Below are positions 23,524-37,060 of a DNA stretch of 64,000 nucleotides, piece by piece (the stretch's first letter is position 1; each line of letters opens with the position of its first letter). The notes below the pieces were generated by a model. The model was given only the letters and a program-made list of their open reading frames with translations. It was not told the origin of the DNA and searched no databases. This stretch comes from Camelus dromedarius (taxonomy: Eukaryota). The stretch spans positions 118,670,001 through 118,734,000 of the forward strand of contig NC_087436.1 of the NCBI RefSeq assembly GCF_036321535.1, given 5' to 3'. The translations under genes and the position numbers were made by a program.

Positions 23524-26411
23524 GGAAGAGGGTGGGAAGGAAATCTGCACTGCGTGGACCTCTGTGCTTTCTGAATTTTGAAGCAGGAAAATGTCTTCCC
23601 TCCACTAAAAACGCAGGTTCAGTGGAACAAGAAAGTCGCAGTAGGATTTCAAAAAAGCAACACCTTCCACTGGGGGATTATAGAAAGACATGTGTGTCCA
23701 CCCCTGTTTCTTACCCCTGGCCCTGCCCTGGGCCTTTTCCCATGCGTTGCCCCTGCCCACAAAGCCTCCGCCCCTGGCTGGGCCCTGCTCATCTCCTAGG
23801 CCCACTTCGGCTGGCACTTCCCCCAGGAAGCCCTCCCTGACTCCTCCCTCGTTGGTCAGCCACTGCTCTGTGCCCCTGGACCCAGCATTCTCCTCCACAC
23901 CCTGCCCCTGCCCCTTAGTCTCAGTCCATCTGCACAATCTGTCCCCCCAGGAGCCTGGAGGATGGGGACCTGGAGTGAGATCCCTGAGACCCAGCCCCCA
24001 GCCCCTCACCTGCCTAGGCAGGTGCTCAGGAAATATCTGCTGGACAGACTGCTTTGTCACACTAGGAAGATGCCTCCCAGAAGAGCCTGGCAGTGAATCA
24101 GGCACAGGGAGAGACTGTGCTCAGCACTTGAACCACCGGGCTCGCAGCATTTACCTCGCTGTGTCCAGGGCTCCGCTTTGCATGCTCAGCCAGGCACCTC
24201 CAAGAGGGCCACCACTGCTGCTTGCTGACAGCCCATCTGACAAATTGTTTTCTGCTGCAGCGGCTGGGCTGGCCCATCTGGCTGGTCTCCAGAGGCCTCG
24301 GGTCACTCACGGGGGCGTTCCTGGCACATGGGGTGGCCACAGCCCCCTCCTGCAGGCCAGGTTCCTGCCAGATCCCACTCGGTTGCCTGAGCACGTCCTG
24401 TCCCCAGCCTGGGAACATCTGACAGGTCGAGCCCTGGCTGCATCAGGCCCACCGAGGGGGCGGCAGGGGAACACGGGGCCCCTTCCTAGGGCTGCAGTGC
24501 ACAGCTGAGATCAGGACAATGCCAGTCCACCATCCACCATCACAAAGTTTCCACCAGAAGGAATCACAGCACAAAGCAACGGCCCAGCTCGAAGAGATCC
24601 AAGGTGCCAGCCGCAGGCAGATTCACGGCTCGGGTTAATACGTAGCTCCTGGCTGCAGAACGTAATTTATTATTGAATCATCCGGTTACGCTGCACAGAT
24701 CGCGGTGGCTCCTTTAAATGGATTTGCGGGTCGCCTCTCTGCTGAGGCCCACACTGTCAGCAGAGGCCTGAGGGAGCACTTAAGTGACAAGACGAGATGT
24801 CTGAACCTGGCGGGAGTGTCTGGAGACCAGAAATGGCCTTGACTGCCTGGGGCGGGCTCGGCCCCGCGGCCAGCTGCTGCTCACCCAGCGTCACCGGTCC
24901 AAAGACGTCTTTAGCGTCTTCCCAACGCTCAAAGCTAAAGGCGTCTTCCCAGATAGAAGGGGGGAAGAGGCCAATAGAGGGGAGAGCAAACCAACATACC
25001 GACCAGCTCCAAAGGGCACCGAATGATAGGCAGTTATGGGTTGAACTGGGAAAAGTGATGACAACAGTGGTTTCCAATCTGGGGCCTCCTTGGGCAGCGG
25101 TGATGGGGCTGCAGGGTTTCCAGGAGGTCCCAGAGGTCGGACGTGGGCATCTACTTTAGTTCCATTTCCCAGCACCTACTCGGGACCTGGCGAGCACATG
25201 ATGGTTAAATTAAATGCTTACGGAACAAATGAATGGGCAGGTCCATTGAGAAACCAAAGGAATCGTGGACTTGGTGACCCATCACACATGCTGCGGGCTA
25301 AAGAAGACGATAGCCGCTTGACGAGCAGATGCTCCCTCACTGGTGTGCTGTTCTGACGGCTCTGCAGCTCCCCGGTTTTCCTCAAAATAAATCCATTCAT
25401 TTCATCACTGCACTACGATTCGGTACATAATAAGGTGTTCACACTGAGGGAAGCTGGGTGAGGGTGTGGGAACTCTCCGCACTTTCCACAGCAACATAAA
25501 AAGTTAAAATCCAGTAAAATAAAATCAATATCCTTTGCCTACTGCCCCGGGAGCCCTCGGTTTCTTGTTCTGGTCCTTCCTCGCCCTTACATGACAACCG
25601 CTCCCAAGAGGGAATGAAATCAGGACGGTAACTCTGACCTTCCCGCTAGCTCGTCACCTGCCCCTCCCGAGGAGGGAGATGATGTCTCTGATGGGTGAGC
25701 CTGGGGACAGGGTCTGGGCGCACGCAGCCCAAGGCCCTTTGACTCTCTTCCTGGGCCCTCAGGATGGAGGTGCTCTTCTCCCACATTTGGGTCCCACACC
25801 TGGGTCAGGGGAGGGTCCTGTTCCGATTGGGGCTGAAGCAGTGACTCTTTGCTTGGCAAAGGGCTTCTCTGCACTCCCCCTCTGGGGGCAAGGCCTAAAT
25901 TCAGTTTCATGCCTCAGAGCCTTTGCATTTGCCGTTCCCTGTGACTACAACACCCTTCCCCCCCTCACCCAGGTGCTGAACACCTGGTTGGGTCTAGGGA
26001 CTCTGCTCAGCTGTTTCTTCCTGAATGACCTCCCATTCCCCAAAGTCAAGCAGAACTGGCCCTTCCCTTTGTCTGCCTTGTCACGCACACTTAACCACAG
26101 CTGCGCTGTGAGCTGTCTACACATTCATCTCTCCTGTTGCCCCGTGAGCCCCCCGGGCAGGGACCGATGTGGACTCACCTCGTTCTCCCTAAGTATCATG
26201 TTGCCTGGTGTATATGAAACGTCCATAAATGTCTGTTGAATGAATGAACTTATCTGAAAGTCTGGATTCGTTTTCATGTTTAAAACTGTACAATATATAA
26301 TTATTTAAATCAAGCATTTCATCGGTAGACGCAAATTGGAGTGACCCCAGGGGCAAGAAAATAACGAAACAGTTCTTCGTGGCTGACAAAGTTAGGAGCT
26401 ATTAGATCAGC

Positions 26412-26630
26412 CCAGGGCCTCCCCACCCCCTGCACTGCTGACATTTGGACCGGATGACTCTTTGTTCTAGGAGGCTGTCCTGGGCACTGAAAAGTGTTTA
26501 GCAGCTTCCCTGGCCTCTAGATGCCAGTAGCAGCTTCCCAGTTGTGACAATAAAAATGTTTCCGGATGTTGCCAGGTTTTCCCCTGGGGTGGGGTAGGGG
26601 TGGGGTATCACGCCCAGTTGAGAACCTCCA
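26412..26630. mobile_element. MER20-like hAT-Charlie DNA transposon remnant
   Basis: 'gcactgctgacatttggaccggatgactctttgtt...gtttagcagcttccctggcctc...cccagttgtgacaataaaaatgtttcc...cccagttgagaacc'. Confidence 0.8.
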
Positions 26631-26897
26631 GGCCAGTCGCTCAATAGTTTTTGGTGCAGGAAATATGCCCTTTGCTGCCTTGACATTGGCAAAGCCAGAC
26701 TCCTAAGAATTTGCAAGCCCAGTATTTCTCCAGAGCTCTGACAACCAACACAGATCCCAGCGCCACAGGCAAAGCCGCTGGCCACTGAATCAGGGTTTTG
26801 ATTGCTACCAATTTCTTAAAACGCTCTCTGAAAGTTTTGCTTCAAATATTTATGGCGTCTGTGAAATGGCCCCGGAGAGTGAGTGGTCTTACTCAAT

Positions 26898-27245
<348 letters not shown>

Positions 27246-29089
27246 TTAGAACTTTCTGTGCCCAGCACCTTCTATTATAGTTCGCGGAGACACAGGCCAT
27301 CAACGCTGTGTGAAGCGGAGACTGGGGAGGTGGAGGCTCGAGCCCCACGTCATCGAAAGGCCTGACAGTCACTGATGGTCTCCCCACAGAGTGATGTCCT
27401 CTATCAATTTTGTTGTTCACGGTGACAAGAGAAGGTGACCTTCCCGTGAAAAGGAGATCACTGTCTGCTGGATGCCAACCTCATGCTCCCTTCTTTTTTT
27501 TTTTTTTCTCTAAGCTCAACCATAAAATGATGGTGACATGTGATAAAGTTAGTTACTGCCCTTCAAAAATGACCTCATTTTGCTTATAGGTCACTAACCC
27601 GCTGGTGTAGTTGTTTAAAGAGTTCATTTTCACCGCAGGAAGCTCTTACCCAAAGCCAGCCCAGATAGATGGCTTGCAATCTGTTTTTCTGCAGGCCAGA
27701 GAGCTCGGCTCCTGAATGCCAGTCACGACCGGACAGAACCAAGGCCGCGGGCGAGACGCAAAGTTGGGACGAGGACGAGGTGACTGCATGACCTTCTGGA
27801 GAACAGCCCACCGGCCCCCTCCCACCTCCTCATTATTTATCCAAATTCACCCTCCAAGGCCTCCTCTGGGCCAGGAACTGTTAAAGCATGGGAATAAAGG
27901 ACACTTAAACTGACCCTTCTGCCATCTCGTTATAAAGAACCAAAAGTATCCTGTGGGCTTGAAAGTATGTCCAATAGAGAGAGTTCTGATCCAGTGGCGT
28001 CTACACTGTGGTGAGAACTTCGAAGAAGGTTGAAGAACACTTGAGAAACTCAGAACCATAAGATTAAGAGGCCCTTCAGTTCATCCATTCATTCAGCTGA
28101 CACTCCTACGGTTTCCTGAAAAGCTTTGCTGTGAGTTTCTGGCCAGTAGCCCTGAGAGCAGACGTTGGAGGGTTTTTGTTTCACATTAAACTCCAGATTG
28201 GAACGCCAAGGGGGGCAGGAGAGACAGCTCTTATCCGCACCCCCTGCTCCCCGGAAGGCCAGCACGATCTGGACACGTAATGACCAAGCGCCAGCCCTAG
28301 GGCCAGGCTGCTTGGGTTGGAAGCCCAACCCTGCCTCTCACGAGCCGTGTGACCTGGGCTAGCTGGTCGCCTCCTCGGGAGCTCATCTTCTCTCCTAGGT
28401 GAAGCAGGGCTGACGCCCAGGTCCAGCTGGTGCGCCCACTGTGAGTGCCGGATAAACTGATGCACTGCACACAGGGAACATTCAAGAAATGGGGGTGGGG
28501 TTTTCTTCCTCAGCTTGTTCTTGTCAACCCCACCATCAAGATCTCCTAGACTCCTCTCCCCTTTATGCTACAGCCGCGTTTAATTGCTTGCCATTCCCCC
28601 AGGGCTTCGGGGGAGCTGGACCCTCTGCCTTTGCAGGCATTGCTCCCTGTGCCTAAAATGCCTTCTACCTGCTTTGTGATAAGGTAGGTCAAAGATCAAA
28701 GGTCAGACGTAATTTCCCTAGAAAAAGATCAAAGCTGGAAAGAAGTTCTCATTACTAAGCAATAAGCCTGTAGACAAGTAATTCGAAATGAAAGTCACCC
28801 ACCAGAAAAAAAAAAAGCTTAAGAAGGTCAGTAACAATGGCTGTCATTCACTGAACATCACCTTGCATCAGGCGGGATGGTAATTACATGATGTGCACGA
28901 TTTCATTGAATTGATCCAAAGACCCTGAGAGGTAAATATCAACTCCATTTGTTAGATTAAAAGAATTCATATAAGCATGAAGGCAGGTGAGAAGCCACAG
29001 GAATAAAAGGCAGAAGAAAACCAATAATAAAAGGTTGAGATAAAATGCTAAGAATAAGATCAGTTTCCCCCTGAGCGATGGCTGCTTTT

Positions 29090-29285
29090 ATTCCCCTTGA
29101 GCATCTCTTATGTCCCAGACATGTATTCAACTCTGCTTACCTGATTTTATCCTCACAACAGCAGTAGGCGGCATTATCCCCATTTTACAGATGAGGAGAC
29201 TGACGCACAGACATAGTAAGTAATCCGCCCCGCATTACCAGAATTACAGCTGAGATTTGAGCTCAGGCCTGGCAGACTCCAAATC
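29090..29285 (-). mobile_element. MIR SINE
   Basis: 'atcctcacaaca...attatccccattttacagatgaggagactgacgcacaga...gagatttgagctcaggcctggcagactccaaa'. Confidence 0.8.
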
Positions 29286-29329
29286 TCATAAGTAAAATAG
29301 GTTTTCTCTGGGAAAACAGAGTGCTGCTC

Positions 29330-30247
<918 letters not shown>

Positions 30248-31809
30248 TCAGTCAAGCCTCAACCCAGAAATCTACTCTAAAAATCAACAAGTCTCTGAGC
30301 CTTTTTCATTCTCTTTCATTCCCTGATCCCCTCAACCCACGACAGAGGCCCTCTTGGATGCCTCTGAACTCTCTGAGTGCCACATCCACACCCCTCTGAT
30401 GGTACTATCATGGTCTTGGGGTACCTTAGAAAACTGCCTGCTTCACCTTCCATCACACGGCTGCAAGCTCCTTCAGCACAAGGACCACCACCTCTGCAGG
30501 GCGACACATCTTTGTAAGTCCAACACCTACCCGGGGTCTGGCACAAGGCAGCCTCCCAGAAATGCTAAATGAGTAAGTAACTAAATCAATCTAGTGCATT
30601 TCCTTCTTTTAAAAGTGAGGAAGCTGAGCCCAGAGAAGGGAGAAGACTTGCACAAATTAGTGGCAGAAGCAGGACCAGCCTCTTTTTATGCACCTCCAAC
30701 TGTGAAAACAGAAACCAACCCAGACTGTGGAGATAGGAGATGAAGGTGCAGGAGGGCAGGCCCATCCTGCCCAGCAAGAAACTGAGGACAGGTCTCTCTT
30801 CTTGTCTGTTGGCGTCTGGCAACGTGCCAAGAACTAACGCTTCTGAAAAAGGTCGAGTTATCTTCCTTTTAAAGAGGAGGGTCTGGGGCTCAGAGAGGTT
30901 AATGAACCCATTCAAGACCATACAGCTAGTAAGAGCAGAATCTGGTCGTAAGAGTCGCCAATGAGCGATTATCAAGAGCGGCTCAGTCACCTAACGGTAA
31001 CGCCGTCCATGCTTTCTTCACTTTTACTCTGAGCACCTGACGTCAACATAGCCCTAAGTAAATCCTTGGGCCCCCCAGCACCCCCCATGCTGACAGTACT
31101 CCGCCTGATAAAACAAGGCCCAGGGAAACTCTGGCTGGCCAGAGAGCATCTTAGTTTTCTTTTTAACAATAAAAATACTAGAACAACACCAACAACAAAA
31201 TCCCCCATCTAAGGAGGTTACCAACTAAATAACCATGGTGTATTTGAATTTATCTTCGAGCCCAAGTTGCCATTCACCCACAGACGTTCACTTGCAGTCT
31301 ATCATCACAGCCACCCAATGCATTCCACTTCCTACCCTTTTTTTAATTTAGTAGAATGCCACCATTTCTATGCGACCACGTGGCGCGTCTCAGCATCGTT
31401 TTAGCGGCCGGTATTTCATACTCAGTGGACACACGGTAATTAACAATACCGGAGTTTTCCCCACGATTTTTCACTATTACAAATACCCCGGCATGAATAC
31501 ACTTGTCCACTGGGCTTTTCCACACATAGAATTATTTACTTAGGATAAATTTCCAGGAGTGAAACTACCGGGCTGTGAGCTTGGCCACTTCTGCAGCGGC
31601 AGTATTTTGCTAATGCGTGGTCCTTACGTAGGGAAGTGAACAGGCAGAGCCACGCGGGGAAGAGAGGGCGAGACGGCGGGGTCTGGTCCCTTTAGTCGTC
31701 TGCACTTGACCGTGGTTGTTTTCCTACCCTCATCCACCTGTCAGATTGTCCTGCTGGCCTGGACTGTGTCTGAGCACGCAGGCTATTCCCAAATGAAAAT
31801 CGCACTGAC

Positions 31810-31858
31810 CTCTTACAACTGCTGTCTTCTCAGAGTCGACGTCCAGGTGGTGGCTTGT
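31810..31858 (-). CDS. C4orf50: C4orf50 small exon, 49 nt (TSHHLDVDSEKTAVVR+G)
   Basis: Acceptor 'tcttttcttccag|ACA', donor 'GAG|gtcagt', phase 0 to 1; joins the neighbouring exons in frame. Confidence 0.88.
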
Positions 31859-34849
31859 CTGGAAGAAAAGACATCTCAGCATTTACTCTGCATGACACAG
31901 GAGGGAAAGCCTTACACAGATGACTACAGCTGGAAAAAGCTGCCCCCACCACTCCTGCAGAAAGTGCATTCTGGGACCAGATCCGCTCCTCCCCCGGTGT
32001 GCGAAAATGCAGGCAGGACCCCTCCTTCCTCCACCCACAACCCTCAGAGGAGTCCAGGATTTGCTCCTAGGGAATACAGGCACGAGGAAAAGCTTCCATT
32101 TTCTTTACTCCAAATTGAATCTCCAGACAGAGATTGATAAATGTGTTTTTAAAACTGCTGTTCCAAGAGCTGGGAAGCCGGGAAGAAGGAGACAGCTGGA
32201 CGGCAGAGCTTTCAAGAGGAATTCTCTGCACCCAGTGCGGGCTGGTTGTCCTCCCGTACCCCACAGTGCATGTCTGGAAGAGGCGGGGCGGCAGTGGGAC
32301 CTTAGCTGCTCCGCCCGGTGACCCCCGACTGGTTCAAGAAGAACAACAGCTGAAGCTTCAAGGCAAGTCGGAGCTGCTTCCAGAGCAGCAGCCCAGGTCT
32401 TCCTGCCTGTTGGGTTTCCTGGTGAGGAAGGGGCCCTGAATGCAGGATCCTTTTGATACCTTTCCCCCCATCTCCGCTGTGTCCTTTAAGTTTTTGCACC
32501 AGCCACCTCCCTGCCTGCAAGAACGCTCTCTCCTTCTCCTTCTCCAGTGAGCTTTTATGTATACGTCAATACCTAAATCAAGTGCCCGCCCCTACCTCTG
32601 TGAAGTCTTCCCTGATTCCACCTGCCTCTCCCATAGCCCCTACACGCTGCACTGTGACACCTGGCCTCTGTGACTGTCCCTCTAAAATGGAATGACTAAT
32701 CCAGAGCAAGGGCATGGATTATGGCCCAACCATCTTCCAATGCTACTCCAATCCCACCACCACTTACTGGGAGCCTTCTGTATCAGGCCCAGTGCCTGTT
32801 CTCTTACTGTGCTAACTGTTCTCAGAGCACTTCATTTGTATCCCCTAAAACTGTGTGTCTCCAAGTACCATGACCCTTCATACCCCAGGGCCTTTGCACA
32901 TGCAGGGCTCTCAGCCTAGAGGGCCTTCACTCCATCCTTCCAGCTATTAAAATTCTTTTTTTATCCTTCAAGGCCCAGTTTGGGTGCTTCCTCTTCCAGG
33001 AAGATGCCCCCTAGTCAGTCTCCCTCTCTCTGCTCATGGCTATGCCTCAGATGAACGCTTTTGTCTGCACCCAGGTTTAGAGCCTGTCTTATTAGGTGCA
33101 GACTCCTTCAACTTGAAAATGAGGTTTCGTTGACTTTTGTATCCACAAAGTAGCCTCATGGGCACCAAACTGACTCCTGGGGGCACTGAATTCAGCAAGT
33201 GATCTGAGATCTAGAGCTCTTTCCCCGCCTTCCTGCTCCTCTTTTATCCTGTCAGCCTGGAGAGGCTCGGAGCCAGGCAGTCTCCGGTTGAGTCCTGGCT
33301 CTGACACTTACTGGTTCCGTGGTCTTGGCCAAATCAGTTGAGTTCTCTGAGCCCTGACCTCTCCATCTGCAGAGTGGGGCTACTAATATACTCCTTATAG
33401 GGTTTTGTCAGAACGGAATGAGAACGAATGTTTACTAAACGCTCCCCACAGAGTAGCAAAAGGGCAAAGGCTCGCCCTACGCACCCCACACCCCCGTCTC
33501 TCTCCCCAGGTAAACATTTGGGGGAATACTCAAAACTTCCTAAAAGGCGGGAGATAAAAAGAAAATAATTGCCCAGGTCCTTAGAGGTGCAGACCTGGGG
33601 TTGCTGGTTTGATGAATTAAGGGAGTTCAGGGCCCTCAGTCTCACTGCTCCCTGCAGGATGAGAGTCCGTTCCCGAAGGCCCAGAGAGACAGCTTGTGGG
33701 CCAATACTCAGAGGAGAGCGAGGTGTTTCTGGGACGTGGAGCAAAGAGAAAAAAGCAGGGCAAGAGGGAGTGGAACTGGCAGCTTCCTGGCCAGGTCGTG
33801 TGCGTGTCTCCAAGGCTGGGGTCTGGATGACCCTCTGGTGCTGGCACACAAGACCCTGACCTCCCCCAGCAGAGCAACACTTTGGTTCTGCCCAAAGGGA
33901 CCCTACATCTCCTTTGAGTGCTTTTATGCGATGGCGCCGTGATGGGCATTTGATGTCGGGTCTTGTTCAACCCTCCCAGGGCCTTACAAGAGGTCTGCAC
34001 TTCCCACCCCTCGCAACCAAGGCATGAGAGAGTGGGCAGCTTGGAGAGGCGAAGGCTGAGCACCAGGGCCACAGGGGGCAGGTCTGCGGGATCTGGGGTG
34101 TCTTGACCTGCCAGGTGAATCTCCATGCCTGGAGAGAGGACTGGAGCTCACGTCCCAGGAAGTGCAGGGCCAACCCATCCACTTCTCCGATGGGTCTTCC
34201 ACTTGCTGAGCTGACCCAGGCCAGACCCCGGCGGAGGTCGGCCAGGCACACAGCCACAGGCAGGAGGGCACCCCTGTTCTACCTCCCTGGGGCGCCCAGG
34301 CATCTGCCTCCAAGGAGGGGATGACACCCACGTACAAGCAACAAAGAAGGCTTCTCATTCTTGGCTTGGGAATGACAACAGTCTATGTCCTGTGAAATCC
34401 AGAAAAAATAGGTGCCCTGGGGCTGGGGGTGGGGGAGGAAGCCAAGGGGCCCTGAGAAGATGCCCTGAGACCCGCCCAGTCAAGCCAGTTTGGGGGATGG
34501 GGTGGAACTGAGAACCCCCAGAGAGGCTTTAGGAACCTAAGAAAGGAAGGAACCTGCCTTCCCCTTGCTCCCGTCTCAGCCAAAGCCAAGGAGGCGGCAA
34601 GACCCAGTGTTCCCGGACGAAAGACACCGGCGAAGCTGGCCCGGCTGACCTCATGGAGTCCCTCTGCTTCAGGACCAGCGCCCGGGCTGGAGAGAACCAG
34701 CAGAGCTGCAGGAAGCATGCCAGGGTGGATGCAAGACTGACCCATGGACAGCGGTGGCCCAGTCACCAAGGGGTGGGCGGTACAACGGCTGAGGAAGATG
34801 GCAGCTCCAAGGGCTGGGCAGCCCCCATCCTACCACGTGTCTGTCCTTG

Positions 34850-35146
34850 TCGCTTAGTGGTGTGCACTGAATGTCTGTGTCCCCAAAACTCATAGGCTGA
34901 AAACTTAGCCTCCATGGGAAGGCATTTGGAGGTGGGGTCTTGGGGAAGAGTCCTCAGGTGGAAACTGCCATTATGAGAAGCGGTGTGAGAGCGCTGGTTT
35001 TTCTGCCCGCCACGTGAGGACACAGCGTGAAGGTGGCCACGCACACAATCCATCCGTGCCGGTGCCTGGATCTCTGACTTCTAGTCTCCAGAGCTCTGAG
35101 AAAGCAATGCTTCCTGTTTAAGCCGCCCAGGCTGCTGTAGTTTGTC
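34850..35146 (+). mobile_element. MaLR MLT1A-like LTR
   Basis: 'actgaatgtctgtgtccccaaaactcatagg...ggaggtggggtcttgggg...ccacgtgaggacacagcg...tgacttctagtctccagag...tgtttaagccgcccagg'. Confidence 0.8.
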
Positions 35147-35267
35147 TTTCTTCCCTCCTCCCTTCCTTCCTTCCTTCCTTCCTTCCTCCCTCCCTTCCTT
35201 CCCTCCTTCCTTCCTTCCTTCCTTCATTCCTTTCTTTCCTTCTTTCCTCTCTTTCCTTCCTTCCTTT
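35147..35267 (+). repeat. (CTTC)n/(CCTT)n polypyrimidine microsatellite, probably the expanded tail of the adjacent SINE
   Basis: About 120 bp of near-pure pyrimidine tract. Confidence 0.95.
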
Positions 35268-35411
35268 CTGTGGGGAAGGGGGAGGTAACTAGGTCTGTTT
35301 ATTTGTTTCTTTATTATTAAGTTTTTTGTTTTTTAATGGAGGTACGGAGAATTGAACCCAGGACCTCATGCATGCTAAGCACACACTCTACCACTAAGCT
35401 ATACCCTCCCC
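35268..35411 (-). mobile_element. tRNA-derived SINE, camelid vic-1-like
   Basis: Minus strand reads GGGGAGGGTATAGCTTAGTGGTAGAGTGTGTGCTTAGCATGCATGAGGTCCTGGGTTCAATTCTCCGTACCTCC then A-rich tail; Pol III A box TAGCTTAGTGG and B box GGTTCAATTC. Confidence 0.85.
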
Positions 35412-36629
35412 TCCTGACATCACCCACCCAACCAGGGTGAGAAAAGGAAGTCGTTGGAAGCTGGACACTGACCCCAAGCCACCACTGTGGGCATGTGCAC
35501 CGTCTTCCTGAAAGGGAGCTTTGGGAGCTCAGATGGACCCTGGCTCTGAACCCCAGCCTGCCCTCCTCCTGTGTGGACCAGCTCTTTGATGACTCTAAAC
35601 CTCAGTCTCCTCCTTGACAAAGTGGGATGTTGGGAGAATGAAGTGAGTGAACCATGGAAAGTGCTGGCTCAGGGAAGGCTCTGTGAGTCTCAGCCGTCAT
35701 CACCGCTTCCGGTGAATTAATGAACGGGCCAGGCCGCCTGTCCTGGTGGGCCCCCCCGCAGCCCACACCCCGTCCCCCCTCAGATATCTGTGGTTGGTGT
35801 GAGCCCCCTCCCAAGCAGAGCCTGAGAATGTGGGCCTCCCAGAGGTGTTTCCGTAAGGCCTCACTCGCAGGCACGCCAGCCTCAGGGCTCCCAGGACCCG
35901 CCCTCTCCACTGTGGCTCATCCCACCCGAGCCCATCAGTGTCTGCCCAGCCGGGCAGCCCTCCCGGGCTCTGAGCCAGAGCCAGTGTCTCCATCGGGAAC
36001 TCCATCTGTGTTCTCTGAGACAAGAATCGGCACCCGTAAAACCCACTTCCTGCCCGCCTGCCAGCGGGAGGAGCTGCCACCACTGCCACGAGGGTCTCCG
36101 TGTCCCCAGAGCTCCGCTCAGCAGCCTGGGCCCTGAGAGTTCACGGCCAAGCCATCCGGCTGCAGACTCTGCAGCTCAGTATAGCCCACACGCCCGTGGG
36201 TTCATCCTCCCAAAGCACATCGGGCCTGTTCCAACCCCTTCAGCTGCTCCGCACTCACTGAAGAACCAAGTGCAAACACCCCCACTGGCAGCCAGGTGTT
36301 CGTGACCCTCCCGTCCAGCCTCTCGAAACTCCTCCACTCAGGAACCCCCTCCCTCCGGCCAGCCTGGAGCCCTCTTCGTTTGTTAAACACATCACCAGGT
36401 TATTTTTTCACTGCCTTATATCCGCACACTGAGGACTGGCCCTCCAGTGACAAGAGGGACTGACTCACTGAGGGCCCAGTGTGCATGTGCCAGATCTCCT
36501 GCCACCGCCCACGGTCCCCACCACGCCGCACGGGGGTCGCAGTAGCCAGGACTGCGCAGAATCCTACTGCCAGGTTCCGATCCCGCTCTGCTTCGGCCAG
36601 GTGACCTCATATATCAAATGCTGAGCTAG

Positions 36630-37060
36630 AAAGCCACTTACAGATGTGTGACTTTGGGCATGACTTATAACCTCTTTGAGCCTCAGTTTTCTCATCTGGA
36701 AAGGGGGCTAATGATGGCATCTTCCCCACAGGAGGACTACCTGAGTCTCTTACATAAAGCACCATGGTAAGTGGTACATGGAAGTGGCCTCTCCTAAGGC
36801 CACAGAGCTAGGCAGCGACAGAGCTAAGATTTGAACCCAGGGCTCCTGGATGTCAGAACTCCCCCATTGCCTTGACAGCTGCCCACACCAGGCCCAGGTT
36901 CCTACCCCGTGGGACATCCCTGCACAAGGGGCTCTACAAGTTATCTTGGTCCATCCCCATGTCAATTCTGCCAGGTGGGCTGTACTGTTCCCATTTTACA
37001 GACAAGCAAACTGAGGCTCAGAGTAATTCAGGTCTTGCTCAAAGACACACAACTACCCAG
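36630..37060. mobile_element. Cluster of MIR remnants
   Basis: 'tgtgtgactttgggcatgacttataacctctttgagcctcagttttctcatctg' (+) and 'cccattttacagacaagcaaactgaggctcagag' (-). Confidence 0.75.

Noticed and set aside
23690..24508. 272-aa plus-strand ORF
   Set aside because: P/S/L-rich, non-ATG start, overlaps L2-like sequence, no recognisable homology or exon structure; expected by chance in GC-rich DNA
35338..35411. tRNA gene
   Set aside because: tRNA-like head followed by an A-rich SINE tail, with degenerate stems; it is a SINE
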